Shown here: piece by piece, positions 28,583 to 37,077 of the stretch
Numbering within the stretch: position 1 is the first letter of the stretch
How the letters are laid out: every line of letters starts with the position of its first letter
Source of the DNA: a virus
Reading direction: 5' to 3' (one strand)
Length of the DNA stretch: 64,000 nt
Virus record (IMG/VR): IMGVR_UViG_3300010430_000020
Span: 15,149-79,148 of that record
Position numbers and translations under genes: made by a program
The notes under the pieces: model-generated
What the model saw: only the letters and a program-made list of their open reading frames with translations
Databases searched by the model: none
Told to the model about the DNA's origin: nothing

Positions 28583-28805
28583 TTCAGTTCACGGGTATCG
28601 TATCAGAACATCTCCAAATGATGTTGGCTCGCGTACATGCTTAACCTGCTCTTCAACATTTAATAGTTGGGGAGCGGGTAACAGAATTTGTCCCCGGTGT
28701 AAAAATAGTGATGCATACAAAGTAGCTCGGGAGGATGATGGAGTTTTGGGAGTTGCAGGATTTGCATTATACGAAATAGAGAAAGATAAGATGCCAGATG
28801 AGTGA
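28539..28805 (+). CDS. zinc-ribbon protein
   Basis: RTCLTCSSTFNSWGAGNRICPRCK. Confidence 0.65.
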   Translation: MIGRILKAVAKKRNSSVHGYRIRTSPNDVGSRTCLTCSSTFNSWGAGNRICPRCKNSDAYKVAREDDGVLGVAGFALYEIEKDKMPDE

Positions 28806-28998
28806 TAGTTGTAATCTAATACAAAATTGTATATTCAACCCATACGATGGAGAAGGATTAGAACTTGTGTGTAAGACACATGGTCACAAATTCAAAATTA
28901 TGGGGGAGTCAGGAAGTTTTGCGATAGAAATTCCTAAGAAATGTCCGGTGGCCGATCAGGTCAATGTTGTTCCGTTTCCTTGGAGAAAGGTTTCGTAA
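28798..28998 (+). CDS. hypothetical protein
   Basis: last ORF before the terminator. Confidence 0.5.
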   Translation: MSDSCNLIQNCIFNPYDGEGLELVCKTHGHKFKIMGESGSFAIEIPKKCPVADQVNVVPFPWRKVS

Positions 28999-29022
28999 AA
29001 AAGGGGGGCCGAAGCCCCCCTT
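28997..29022 (-). terminator. rho-independent terminator with a C(UUCG)G loop, possibly bidirectional
   Basis: minus strand AAGGGGGGC-TTCG-GCCCCCCTT-TTTT between convergent genes. Confidence 0.85.
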
Positions 29023-29037
29023 ATGCCTTGTTAATAA

Positions 29038-32000
29038 CTAGGCTCCAGGTTTTTTGACCACTACGATAGGCTTGTCACCAACAGGCTCTGGTTCTGGCAA
29101 ATCAGCCTCGACCACAGTCTCTACAGTTGGTTTTACCTTATCGATGGCTTTCTCGACAAGCTTGACTGGATCGAGACCCTTGGCCTTCACAGCTTCCACC
29201 ACATCGGCTTCTACTGCCATAACGATATCGGCCTCGCCTGCTGGTGTCTCAACCACTTCCAGCTTGGCCTCGGGAAGAATGTCTTCACTGGTATCCGTTA
29301 GGACCAGCTTATCACCTTCTTTCTCTAGCTCGACCAGCTGCGGTAAGACTTCCGGCATTTCTACCGTAACATCATCAACCACAACCTTTTCGAGAGGTGC
29401 TGTTACCGTTGCTTCCGGTAGCACTGGAACCGAGTCATTCGTCTCTAGGGCGGCCTTGACGACCTCCTCCAGGACAACACCCTTATCTTCCAATTCTGCC
29501 TTCACAGCAGGCTCTACAGCCAGCACAACGTCACTCATACCCTCATCCGTCTTGACCGGAATCAGCTCGACCTCATCGGCCTTCACTTCAACCGTGGCGT
29601 CTTCCAGGATAATGGCAGGGGCATCAGATGATGGCTTCTCATCTAGCTTAACTTCTAGAAGCTGAGGAGCTTCCTCCGCCGCCAGGGTCACTTCGACCGT
29701 TGGTTTATCAGATGTCTCATCGATCAATAGAGTAGCTGGCTCCTTAGCGATTTCGTCTAGCTTTTCTACGACCTCCTCGACCTCCATAGCTTCAGCCATG
29801 TCTTCATCCTTGACTGTGGTGCTATCTGTTGGGACAACTTCCACATCAGCGATGTTAACCGCCTTTTCTAAGACTTCGACTACATCTTCAACCGCAGCTT
29901 CTACTTCCTTATCAACCGCCACAATCAAGTCTGGCTGGCCTTCAGGAGTAACAACTGCCACCAGCTCGGCATCCTCTGGAATGTCTTCTTTGACATCCAC
30001 AAGATCGACACTGACGATTTCATTATTTGCAGGATCAGGATCGAGGACCGCTTCCACCACTTGAGGTAGGACTTCAGGAGTCGTGACCTCAACAGTATCC
30101 TTGGTCTCATCCATCTTATCAACCATTACCGTTACCGGCTCAACCTCTTCCTCTACTGCAGGAACTTCAGGGAGGGCATCATTGGTTTCGAGAGCGTCTT
30201 TTACAACTTCCTCGATGACCACACCTTCCGTCTCAAGCGCCTCTTTCTCAATTGGGTCAATTGCGATAACAACGTCTGCCTTATCCTCATCGGTTTTGAT
30301 GACCAGCAATTCCTTATTGTCTCCCACCTCAATTGTGGCATCCTCTACGACAATAGATGGAATTTCCTTATTTGCCGGATTATCATCTAGCTTAACCGCT
30401 ACCACCTGTGGGGACTCTTCTGCCGCCAGGGTCACTTCGACCGTTGGCTTATCTGAATCCTTGTCCACAACAATAGTTGCAGGCTCCTTGGCGATTTCGT
30501 CTAGCTTTTCTACGACTGCCTCGACCTTAGAAGCTTCTTCAACCTTGGCTTCATCGAGTACAGGGGCATCTACCAGGACATCTGCCTGATTGATTGCCTT
30601 CTCAACGACTTCGGCCAAATCTTTGACACCATCCTTTTTAAGCTCCTCGACAACCTCTGGTTTGGCCACGACAACCATGTCTGGCTGGCCATCAGGGGTT
30701 ACCACAGGCATCAACGCGCCATCAGCGGGGATATCCTCTGCAACAGGCTTTAACTCCACTGCAGGCTCTTCCACGACGATTTCAGGGGCATCCTTTAGAA
30801 CGACTTCCATAATAGGCTCAACGACATCTGGTAGAGTCATCTCAACCGTTGGTTTTTCGTCATCCGTTTTATCCACCAGGACTGTTACATCCTCGGGATG
30901 GATTTCGATTTCTTCCTTGGTCTCTTCATCGATAACAACCTTGGGCTCATCAACCAGCTCAGGGGCATCAACGATTTCCTTGGCAACCTCTAGAAGATCA
31001 GTCTTGGCCTTTTCCAGGACTTCAACGACTTCTGGTGCTGCTGCGACCACAACGTCTGATTTGCCTTCTTCAGTTTTGACCACCACCAGCTCGGCATCGT
31101 CTGACACCTCTACCATAGCATCCTCAACCTTTAGAGGAGGCATATCAGTTACGGCATCTTTGTTCTCTTCATCAATCTTCAATTCGACAACAGGAACATC
31201 CTCTACGAGGTCTTTCTTGACTTCGAGAGTTTCTTTCTTGTCATCTTCTTTATTAACGAGAACAATATCAGCCTTTTTCTCTTCGACTTCAGCAACTACT
31301 TCGGCCTTATCGGCTTCTTCTAGTTTGACTTCATCGACTGGCTCGGATGTTTTGACTTCTTCAACCACCTCTGCGGCGGCACTCTCTACAACACCCTTGA
31401 CATCAATATCTTTGGCTTCAAGTTCGTCCTTCAGGACAGGATCAACAGCCACGACCACATCTGGCTTGCCTTCCGGCATGACCACTGGTAGCAGTACTGC
31501 ATCTTCCTTGATATCCTCAACCGTATCTTCAAGCTTTACTGCAGGAATATCAGCCTTTGTGGGCTTGTCATCCTTTTTCAATTCAACAACAGAAGGAATT
31601 TCCTTTGGTAGAGTCACCTCTACTGTGGGCTTATCGGCTTTTTCCTTATCAACCAAGACAGTTTTCTTTTCTTCAGCCTTCTCGGTCTTTTCAGGGAGTT
31701 TGGGTGCGGCATCCAGAGCGTCAACGACTTCTTTAACTGTGTCAACAATATCTACTTTTGCCTCATCCAGGAGCTTCTTATCATCTTCCTTCAGCGCAAC
31801 GACCACATCTGCTTTCCCAGCTTCCGTTTTCACGGGCAGGAGAACCACATCATCTGAAACCTCGATGGTGGCATCTTTCAGCTCAACATCGATCTTGGAG
31901 TCGCCTTTTTTATCGACCTTGGCTTCAATGATCTGAGGCTTATTGTCGGGAGCGCTTACTTCAACAGTGACTTCTTTCTTGTCAGCCTTTTTCTCGGCTT

Positions 32001-32835
32001 TCTTTTCAGCAATCTCTGCTTTCTTCTCTTCTTTCTTTTCGGCTTTCTCTTCTTTCTCTAGAAGTTTCTCTTCGATCTTCTTGGACTTTTCCGCGATCTT
32101 TTCTTCGACCTTGGCCAGTTTATCCTCAATCTTGAGATCGGCTTCTTTGAGTTTTTTGACGTGCTCCTTGGCCGCTTCTTTTTTGTGGCCTAGAGTTTTC
32201 ATCAGAGCTTCTGTTTCTGCCTCATCGATCTTTTCTGGATCATCGAGGTCCATAACACCAACTGGCTTGCCAGCTGAGTTATACATATAGCGACGGAAGC
32301 CCATACGCTGCTTACGCAACTTGGCGCGGCCACCACTATCAAACTTGACCTTACCAGAATCCGGCAGAACCTTAAACAGCTCATCTTCTTTGACTGTCAG
32401 TGCATCCTTGACTTCAACAACGCCACTTTCCAGCATTGGTTCGCCAGCTTTGCGAAGCTTGTAGGTTACATACAACACGCCACCATCAAAAACAGAACCC
32501 TCTAATCTCAATGTAGATGAGATTGGGAACTTAACATAGACGTTGCCATCGGCGATTCCCTTATGGAAATACACATCATCTGCTTCTGCTGGCTCTTTTG
32601 TTTCGGTAGCTTTAATTACTAGCAGGCCGCCTTCATGAGAGGCACCTACATCGGTCACATTGTATCCGACCATTGATACCTGAACAACAAATGTTTCGGC
32701 GTCGGTTTGTACAATATTGTAAGGGGGATAGTCTTCTGAAAAGTATTCTGAACCTAGTCCGTCCACCACTTTGAATAGGTGATCGAATCCTACGCCCAGT
32801 TTCTTTAGAAACTCGTAGCGATTGTCTACAGACAT
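29038..32835 (-). CDS. giant Hsp20-domain protein (1265 aa) with eight acidic C-terminal repeats
   Basis: start MSVDNRY after AAGGAG; N-terminal GVGFDHLF...YPPYNIV...YFHKGIA...GVLYV alpha-crystallin motifs; then a K/E coiled coil and repeats. Confidence 0.8.
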   Translation of the reverse strand: MSVDNRYEFLKKLGVGFDHLFKVVDGLGSEYFSEDYPPYNIVQTDAETFVVQVSMVGYNVTDVGASHEGGLLVIKATETKEPAEADDVYFHKGIADGNVYVKFPISSTLRLEGSVFDGGVLYVTYKLRKAGEPMLESGVVEVKDALTVKEDELFKVLPDSGKVKFDSGGRAKLRKQRMGFRRYMYNSAGKPVGVMDLDDPEKIDEAETEALMKTLGHKKEAAKEHVKKLKEADLKIEDKLAKVEEKIAEKSKKIEEKLLEKEEKAEKKEEKKAEIAEKKAEKKADKKEVTVEVSAPDNKPQIIEAKVDKKGDSKIDVELKDATIEVSDDVVLLPVKTEAGKADVVVALKEDDKKLLDEAKVDIVDTVKEVVDALDAAPKLPEKTEKAEEKKTVLVDKEKADKPTVEVTLPKEIPSVVELKKDDKPTKADIPAVKLEDTVEDIKEDAVLLPVVMPEGKPDVVVAVDPVLKDELEAKDIDVKGVVESAAAEVVEEVKTSEPVDEVKLEEADKAEVVAEVEEKKADIVLVNKEDDKKETLEVKKDLVEDVPVVELKIDEENKDAVTDMPPLKVEDAMVEVSDDAELVVVKTEEGKSDVVVAAAPEVVEVLEKAKTDLLEVAKEIVDAPELVDEPKVVIDEETKEEIEIHPEDVTVLVDKTDDEKPTVEMTLPDVVEPIMEVVLKDAPEIVVEEPAVELKPVAEDIPADGALMPVVTPDGQPDMVVVAKPEVVEELKKDGVKDLAEVVEKAINQADVLVDAPVLDEAKVEEASKVEAVVEKLDEIAKEPATIVVDKDSDKPTVEVTLAAEESPQVVAVKLDDNPANKEIPSIVVEDATIEVGDNKELLVIKTDEDKADVVIAIDPIEKEALETEGVVIEEVVKDALETNDALPEVPAVEEEVEPVTVMVDKMDETKDTVEVTTPEVLPQVVEAVLDPDPANNEIVSVDLVDVKEDIPEDAELVAVVTPEGQPDLIVAVDKEVEAAVEDVVEVLEKAVNIADVEVVPTDSTTVKDEDMAEAMEVEEVVEKLDEIAKEPATLLIDETSDKPTVEVTLAAEEAPQLLEVKLDEKPSSDAPAIILEDATVEVKADEVELIPVKTDEGMSDVVLAVEPAVKAELEDKGVVLEEVVKAALETNDSVPVLPEATVTAPLEKVVVDDVTVEMPEVLPQLVELEKEGDKLVLTDTSEDILPEAKLEVVETPAGEADIVMAVEADVVEAVKAKGLDPVKLVEKAIDKVKPTVETVVEADLPEPEPVGDKPIVVVKKPGA
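29060..31985 (-). repeat. eight degenerate ~115-135-aa protein repeats in alternating A/B types (boundaries approximate)
   Basis: each unit has TVEV...PQVVE...(DATIEV | EDIP)...V(K/V)TxxGxxDVVVA; near-identical DNA stretches such as GCCAGGGTCACTTCGACCGTTGG near 29681 and 30425. Confidence 0.8.
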
Positions 32836-32841
32836 ATGAGG

Positions 32842-32897
32842 TCTCCTTTTTACGCGCGTAAACGAGATGTGATGGTGTAAATTTACCATATATTTAG
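32842..32897 (-). promoter_or_regulatory. late promoter CTAAATA plus structured leader occluding the RBS
   Basis: CTAAATA at 32891-32897; TCTC-G-TTTAC...GTAAA-AAG-GAGA hairpin at 32842-32867. Confidence 0.55.
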
Positions 32898-32899
32898 TA

Positions 32900-32921
32900 G
32901 GGGGTGGATTTCTCCACCCCC
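32900..32921 (-). terminator. GC-rich hairpin after hsp20 (terminator or mRNA stabiliser)
   Basis: perfect 9-bp stem GGGGGTGGA / TCCACCCCC; no U-tract. Confidence 0.5.
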
Positions 32922-32930
32922 GGTCATGCG

Positions 32931-33386
32931 TCACCGCTCCTCTTGCAGGAGTAATTTTTCATCATTGACATCGGTATCTGCCTCAAGATGTTTACCTATT
33001 GGTATCTGTCTTGGTTTTTTATGCTCGGGTATCTCTCTATCGAGCAAAATTTTCAATATTCCATCCTCTAAAGATACACCTATTATCTTCACATCCGGCG
33101 ACAGGACAAATTGTCTCCTAAAAGAGCGCATTCCTATGCCTTTGTGCATATATTGCTCGTTGTTCTCTGGATTATCCTTTTTACCGGATATCTTGAGTAC
33201 ATCCTCAGCAAATTCAACTGATAGATCAGACTCCTTGAAACCGGCGACCGCCAGCTCTAGTAATGTCTGATGTCCATCAAGTTTTAATATGTTGTATGGT
33301 GGGTAATTGGACTGGTTCGTGATGTTCTCGCGGTTCATTTCCGCAAATAGGCGATCTAATCCAACACTGTATGGTGTGTGCATCAT
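32931..33386 (-). CDS. hsp20: small heat shock protein (IbpA-like)
   Basis: SVGLDRLF, NYPPYNI, ELAVAGF, HKGIGMRSF, DGILKI, PRQIPI; start MMHTP after AAGGAGG. Confidence 0.93.
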   Translation of the reverse strand: MMHTPYSVGLDRLFAEMNRENITNQSNYPPYNILKLDGHQTLLELAVAGFKESDLSVEFAEDVLKISGKKDNPENNEQYMHKGIGMRSFRRQFVLSPDVKIIGVSLEDGILKILLDREIPEHKKPRQIPIGKHLEADTDVNDEKLLLQEER

Positions 33387-33456
33387 TTCTTCCTCCTTCC
33401 AAAGCAAGGTTACATTATTGTTGCAGCCGCTATTGCGCACTGCACTCTTATTTATA
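33387..33456 (-). promoter_or_regulatory. late promoter TATAAATA plus ROSE-like RNA thermometer leader
   Basis: TATAAATA at 33449-33456; first stem TGCAG...CTGCA; CCUU-G-CUU / AAGGAGG hairpin with a bulged G. Confidence 0.65.
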
Positions 33457-33463
33457 TGCTTTG

Positions 33464-33736
33464 TCATTTTCTCAGGAAGGTAAAGTTCAGCACCGCCATT
33501 ATCACCGCCGTGACAATGGTTGATACAGCCAAATACATGCCTCGTTGAACAGGTACAAATGTGTCACGGTTTATATAGTACTCCCTCAGTTTCTTTTCTA
33601 GTTGGAAGTTATCATCATTGATTTCGGATTTGAGAGCTATCAAATCACGCTCTAGATGTAGTATCTGTTTCTCGATATTTTTTGTTCGTTCGTCAATACG
33701 GGCCAATAGTACAGAGTTATCGTTAGGTTCTGCCAT
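33464..33736 (-). CDS. small coiled-coil protein with C-terminal TM helix (holin/XhlA-like candidate)
   Basis: LARIDERTKNIE...; CTAAATA at 33771-33777. Confidence 0.5.
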   Translation of the reverse strand: MAEPNDNSVLLARIDERTKNIEKQILHLERDLIALKSEINDDNFQLEKKLREYYINRDTFVPVQRGMYLAVSTIVTAVIMAVLNFTFLRK

Positions 33737-33773
33737 AGGCTCTTTCTTTGGAATGAGTGGTCATCTCCAATAT

Positions 33774-34016
33774 TTAGGATAGAAGCTCGTTAATCTTTTC
33801 CCAATCATCATAAGAAAGAATTATGTCAAATTCCAACGGGTCTAATAGACATCCATATGATGCCGTTAGAACAGTCATGATCTCATTCACTCGGTTCATG
33901 GCAATCTGTTTTTCTCTCGTTACCTTGCTGTCTCGACAGGCCATTCTGAAATTTTCATCACACTGCCGAAGAACCGTCTTCAGAGAAGAATGACTCTTTG
34001 GTTTGAGTAACATCAT
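33774..34016 (-). CDS. hypothetical protein
   Basis: ORF in operon. Confidence 0.5.
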   Translation of the reverse strand: MMLLKPKSHSSLKTVLRQCDENFRMACRDSKVTREKQIAMNRVNEIMTVLTASYGCLLDPLEFDIILSYDDWEKINELLS

Positions 34017-34246
34017 CTGTGGCCTTTCTTTTTCTTCTTATCAAATAAGAAATCGACCCTTTCTTCTGGAGTTGTGCCGCTCAAGAGAAATTCCCTATCA
34101 TCTGCTGATAGATCATGAAAAACCTCCTGTATGGGCTTCCCTGGCTTTCCTTTGGGCCTCCATTCATCCAGGCGCTCCTGTGTCACCGCAGGCATATCCC
34201 TGATATGAATTTCTTTGGTAAGGATCGAGCGTCTAGTAATTTTCAT
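34013..34246 (-). CDS. conserved phage hypothetical protein
   Basis: MKITRRSILT...IQEVFHDLSADDREFLLSGTTPEE. Confidence 0.6.
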   Translation of the reverse strand: MKITRRSILTKEIHIRDMPAVTQERLDEWRPKGKPGKPIQEVFHDLSADDREFLLSGTTPEERVDFLFDKKKKKGHR

Positions 34247-34973
34247 AATCAAACAACTCTTTCTGTGCTGGCATAAATGTATCGATGGATTTGGGGATAT
34301 AATCTTCATGGAGATCAACAATGATCTCTGGCCGCATCGCGACTACCAGAACTGGACATCTACCCGCTGCATTCGCATCCAAATGTTTAAGCAATTTGCT
34401 AACAATTGTCACACTCTTATTGTTTGGTTTTCTGGTTTGTTCAGGTAGGTTATAGACCGCATCGAAAAATTCATCGCTTCGAGTTATTATGATCCCAACA
34501 CTACACTGACTTAACTCCCGGTGATCCGCAAAACATTTCAGGTCTCTCTGGTATGAGGTATCATTGGTGCTATATTCCAATTCGCAGTATATTCTGTATT
34601 TCATATAATCGACATGATGAGATTTCTTGACTATTTCTTTTTTGTCGGCATTCAACTTTGCTATTATCTCAGGATCAACATCATTGGTGCGAAAATCCAT
34701 ACCGGGTATGTAAGTCATTTTAGGTCTGCCCTCAAACCACCCATATAGTTTCATCAGCTCATCCAGTTGCTTTGCAGCTGGCGATTTTCCTTTTGCGGGG
34801 CGCACGACATCATACCGGGTCAGATTGAATTTACCCAGAACTGTCATGAGTTCATTATGGTCTTTAGAAAAGTCGTTTGCTAGGATACAGCTTGCATGAT
34901 CAAAACTGTACATATCATATTTTCGGAATAACTCATGGGGTATCCATTTTTTAAAGTTCTCGGAGTCTTTCAT
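34233..34973 (-). CDS. BglII/BstYI-family type II restriction endonuclease
   Basis: HASCILANDF, GKSP...YGW, SHHVDYMKYRIYCELEY (D...ExE core), YQRDL, SVGIIITRSDE, AGRCPVLV. Confidence 0.75.
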   Translation of the reverse strand: MKDSENFKKWIPHELFRKYDMYSFDHASCILANDFSKDHNELMTVLGKFNLTRYDVVRPAKGKSPAAKQLDELMKLYGWFEGRPKMTYIPGMDFRTNDVDPEIIAKLNADKKEIVKKSHHVDYMKYRIYCELEYSTNDTSYQRDLKCFADHRELSQCSVGIIITRSDEFFDAVYNLPEQTRKPNNKSVTIVSKLLKHLDANAAGRCPVLVVAMRPEIIVDLHEDYIPKSIDTFMPAQKELFDYENY

Positions 34974-34980
34974 GTTGTAC

Positions 34981-35388
34981 TCACTGTGTGTGTTTTCTTT
35001 TACTTCCTATGCTGTATTTTTGTTCCAGGGTCCATTCGGACTTCTCTTTGTAAGGGATGACCTTAATCTGGTTCATCGGCGTGCGGGGGGATTCGATCTT
35101 CTCCTTATCAACAATATCAAGGAGGTTCCATTCCTCTAGGAGTGATGTGATCGTATTCCGCCGCCCCTTATCTTCCTCGGAGAAATCAGTGCTTTTACCA
35201 TCCAGAGCGAATAACTCCTTGAAGTGAACAATGTAATACTTGCCCTTCTTGTGTAGGATATGACAGGATTGAAAAAGCTTTTTGTCTTTGCGGGAAATGA
35301 CGCCAATACGAGTGAGGGTTTCTTTGATCTTCAAAAAATCATTATCGTCTTTGAGCTTAATCTCCACTAGTGTCTCTACCAAATTCAT
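34981..35388 (-). CDS. regA: translational repressor
   Basis: DFLKIKETLTRIG, QSCHILHKKGKYYIVHFKELF, KYSIG. Confidence 0.95.
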   Translation of the reverse strand: MNLVETLVEIKLKDDNDFLKIKETLTRIGVISRKDKKLFQSCHILHKKGKYYIVHFKELFALDGKSTDFSEEDKGRRNTITSLLEEWNLLDIVDKEKIESPRTPMNQIKVIPYKEKSEWTLEQKYSIGSKRKHTQ

Positions 35389-35759
35389 TTTGTGCCACCT
35401 TGTTCAAATTTTTTTCTTATCGTTGCAAGTTGTTCTTTTGTTAGTATCGCTAGCGCCTCTCGGGCCTTGTGGAGATTGCACTTATAGTAATCACGAAGCA
35501 TCATCAAATCTGAATCATCAAACTTCTTAATCCATTTAGCGCCCCGACTCTTCGGTAGCAGATGGAAATAATAGTCATACTGTAGTTTATGATCTAAGTT
35601 ACTCATCAAGTTCATCTCATTGGCGTGCATGAGGGTATTAATACTCAGCGATAATGATCTATTTATCAAATGAGGAACGTAAGCTTTTTCTGTAACCTGA
35701 TCAATTATGAGATATTCTTTCGTTTTGATGAGAGATTTCACATAATCGAAGGGGCTCAT
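35385..35759 (-). CDS. gp62: clamp loader small subunit
   Basis: MSPFDYVKS, INRSLS, ANEMN, LQYDYY; position between gp44 and regA. Confidence 0.85.
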   Translation of the reverse strand: MSPFDYVKSLIKTKEYLIIDQVTEKAYVPHLINRSLSLSINTLMHANEMNLMSNLDHKLQYDYYFHLLPKSRGAKWIKKFDDSDLMMLRDYYKCNLHKAREALAILTKEQLATIRKKFEQGGTK

Positions 35760-35950
35760 TCTTCTATACCCCGCGCGGCATTAACATGCATCCCGACAGC
35801 ACTCAGAAGCAGGCCCAGAATCAGTAGAACTACAGCAGTGAAGAAATTATTGGATACGGCAGGGACCAATTCGGCAGAGACTAACAACTCATACGTTGCT
35901 ATTGCCATCAGACACGTCCCTATTTTGTACAGGAAGCTTATCTTTTTCAT
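35756..35950 (-). CDS. small membrane protein
   Basis: two hydrophobic helices. Confidence 0.5.
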   Translation of the reverse strand: MKKISFLYKIGTCLMAIATYELLVSAELVPAVSNNFFTAVVLLILGLLLSAVGMHVNAARGIEE

Positions 35951-36137
35951 CGTTAACCCTATCCTCTAACATCTGCGACAAGGCATCAGCATAACTCTCG
36001 CACACTTTTTCACAATGCTTACATATGGGGGCGTTCTTTTTGCCCTCCTTGCAATACATTTGGATATCGGCATACGACTTCCACGGCCAATGAATCAGGA
36101 GAGCGCGGCAGAATAAACATCTAGAATACAGCTTCAT
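35889..36137 (-). CDS. small Cys-containing hypothetical protein
   Basis: CxxC...CxxC. Confidence 0.45.
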   Translation of the reverse strand: MKLYSRCLFCRALLIHWPWKSYADIQMYCKEGKKNAPICKHCEKVCESYADALSQMLEDRVNDEKDKLPVQNRDVSDGNSNV

Positions 36138-37072
36138 TTGAACTCACAATTGGCCATTACTTCGGTCAGGAATGCAGCAAGATTGATCTCTTTGTCTGCG
36201 GCGAGAACATCTTGATACGAGTACTTAGCAATAAGTACCACAAGATAGGGCAGATCATTTGGTTTAATATACTCATTCATATGATCATAGAACTTGCGGT
36301 AGAACTGTCCTGTATCCATCTGAGAATTGTCGGCGACCCACTGCCTGACTGAGGTAAAATTCTTGCTTTTCATATACCCCATGAGCTTATTCAGCGATAC
36401 ATCACGGAAAACATTCAGGATACCATTGTCGATGTGCCCCCGCGCAGAATAGTACTGGAGTTCATTCAACACTCGCCGGAAGTCTGGATAGTGCTTTTTA
36501 ATCACCGCTGCCAGCACATCAGCGACGAAGGGTATTCCCTCTTCCCTGAGTATATGAATGCAATTTTGCATGAAGTGTTTGCATAACGTAACGGCCTCAT
36601 CATGAGAGATTTTGAAATCCACTGATGAACACCGGGACTGAATAGCTGGAATGATCCGATTGCGGTAATTGGCTGTCAGTATAAACCCACAGTTACTACT
36701 GAATTCCTCCATGAAATTGCGAAGCGCTGGCTGCATATGCGGGGTCAGATAATCCGCCTCATCCAGAATGACGTATTTACGCCCGCCCATCAGAGATGTT
36801 GATGTGGCGAATTGTTGGATATGCGTGCGGAGGGTTTCAATCCCTCCTTCCAGAGACCCATTAATAACGATATAATCTGCGCCCAACTCTTCGAGTATAG
36901 CCTTGGCGGCAGTGGTCTTACCAACACCAGACGGACCCACGAGAAGTAGGTTGGGCACATTTTTGTCATCAACGAATTTCTGTAAGGTGTCTTGGATATC
37001 CCTCGGTAGGATGATATCACCCACTTTGCGTGGACGATATTTCTCAACCCACAAAAATTCTTCTTTCATCAT
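36134..37072 (-). CDS. gp44: clamp loader large subunit
   Basis: LWVEKYRP, GPSGVGKTT, ILDEAD, SRC, PDFRR. Confidence 0.95.
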   Translation of the reverse strand: MMKEEFLWVEKYRPRKVGDIILPRDIQDTLQKFVDDKNVPNLLLVGPSGVGKTTAAKAILEELGADYIVINGSLEGGIETLRTHIQQFATSTSLMGGRKYVILDEADYLTPHMQPALRNFMEEFSSNCGFILTANYRNRIIPAIQSRCSSVDFKISHDEAVTLCKHFMQNCIHILREEGIPFVADVLAAVIKKHYPDFRRVLNELQYYSARGHIDNGILNVFRDVSLNKLMGYMKSKNFTSVRQWVADNSQMDTGQFYRKFYDHMNEYIKPNDLPYLVVLIAKYSYQDVLAADKEINLAAFLTEVMANCEFK

Positions 37073-37077
37073 ATATC

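Noticed and set aside
29054-32290. Long Ser/Thr-rich plus-strand ORFs (up to 448 aa)
   Set aside because: Antisense shadows of the V/E/D/K-rich giant gene; no RBS or promoter.
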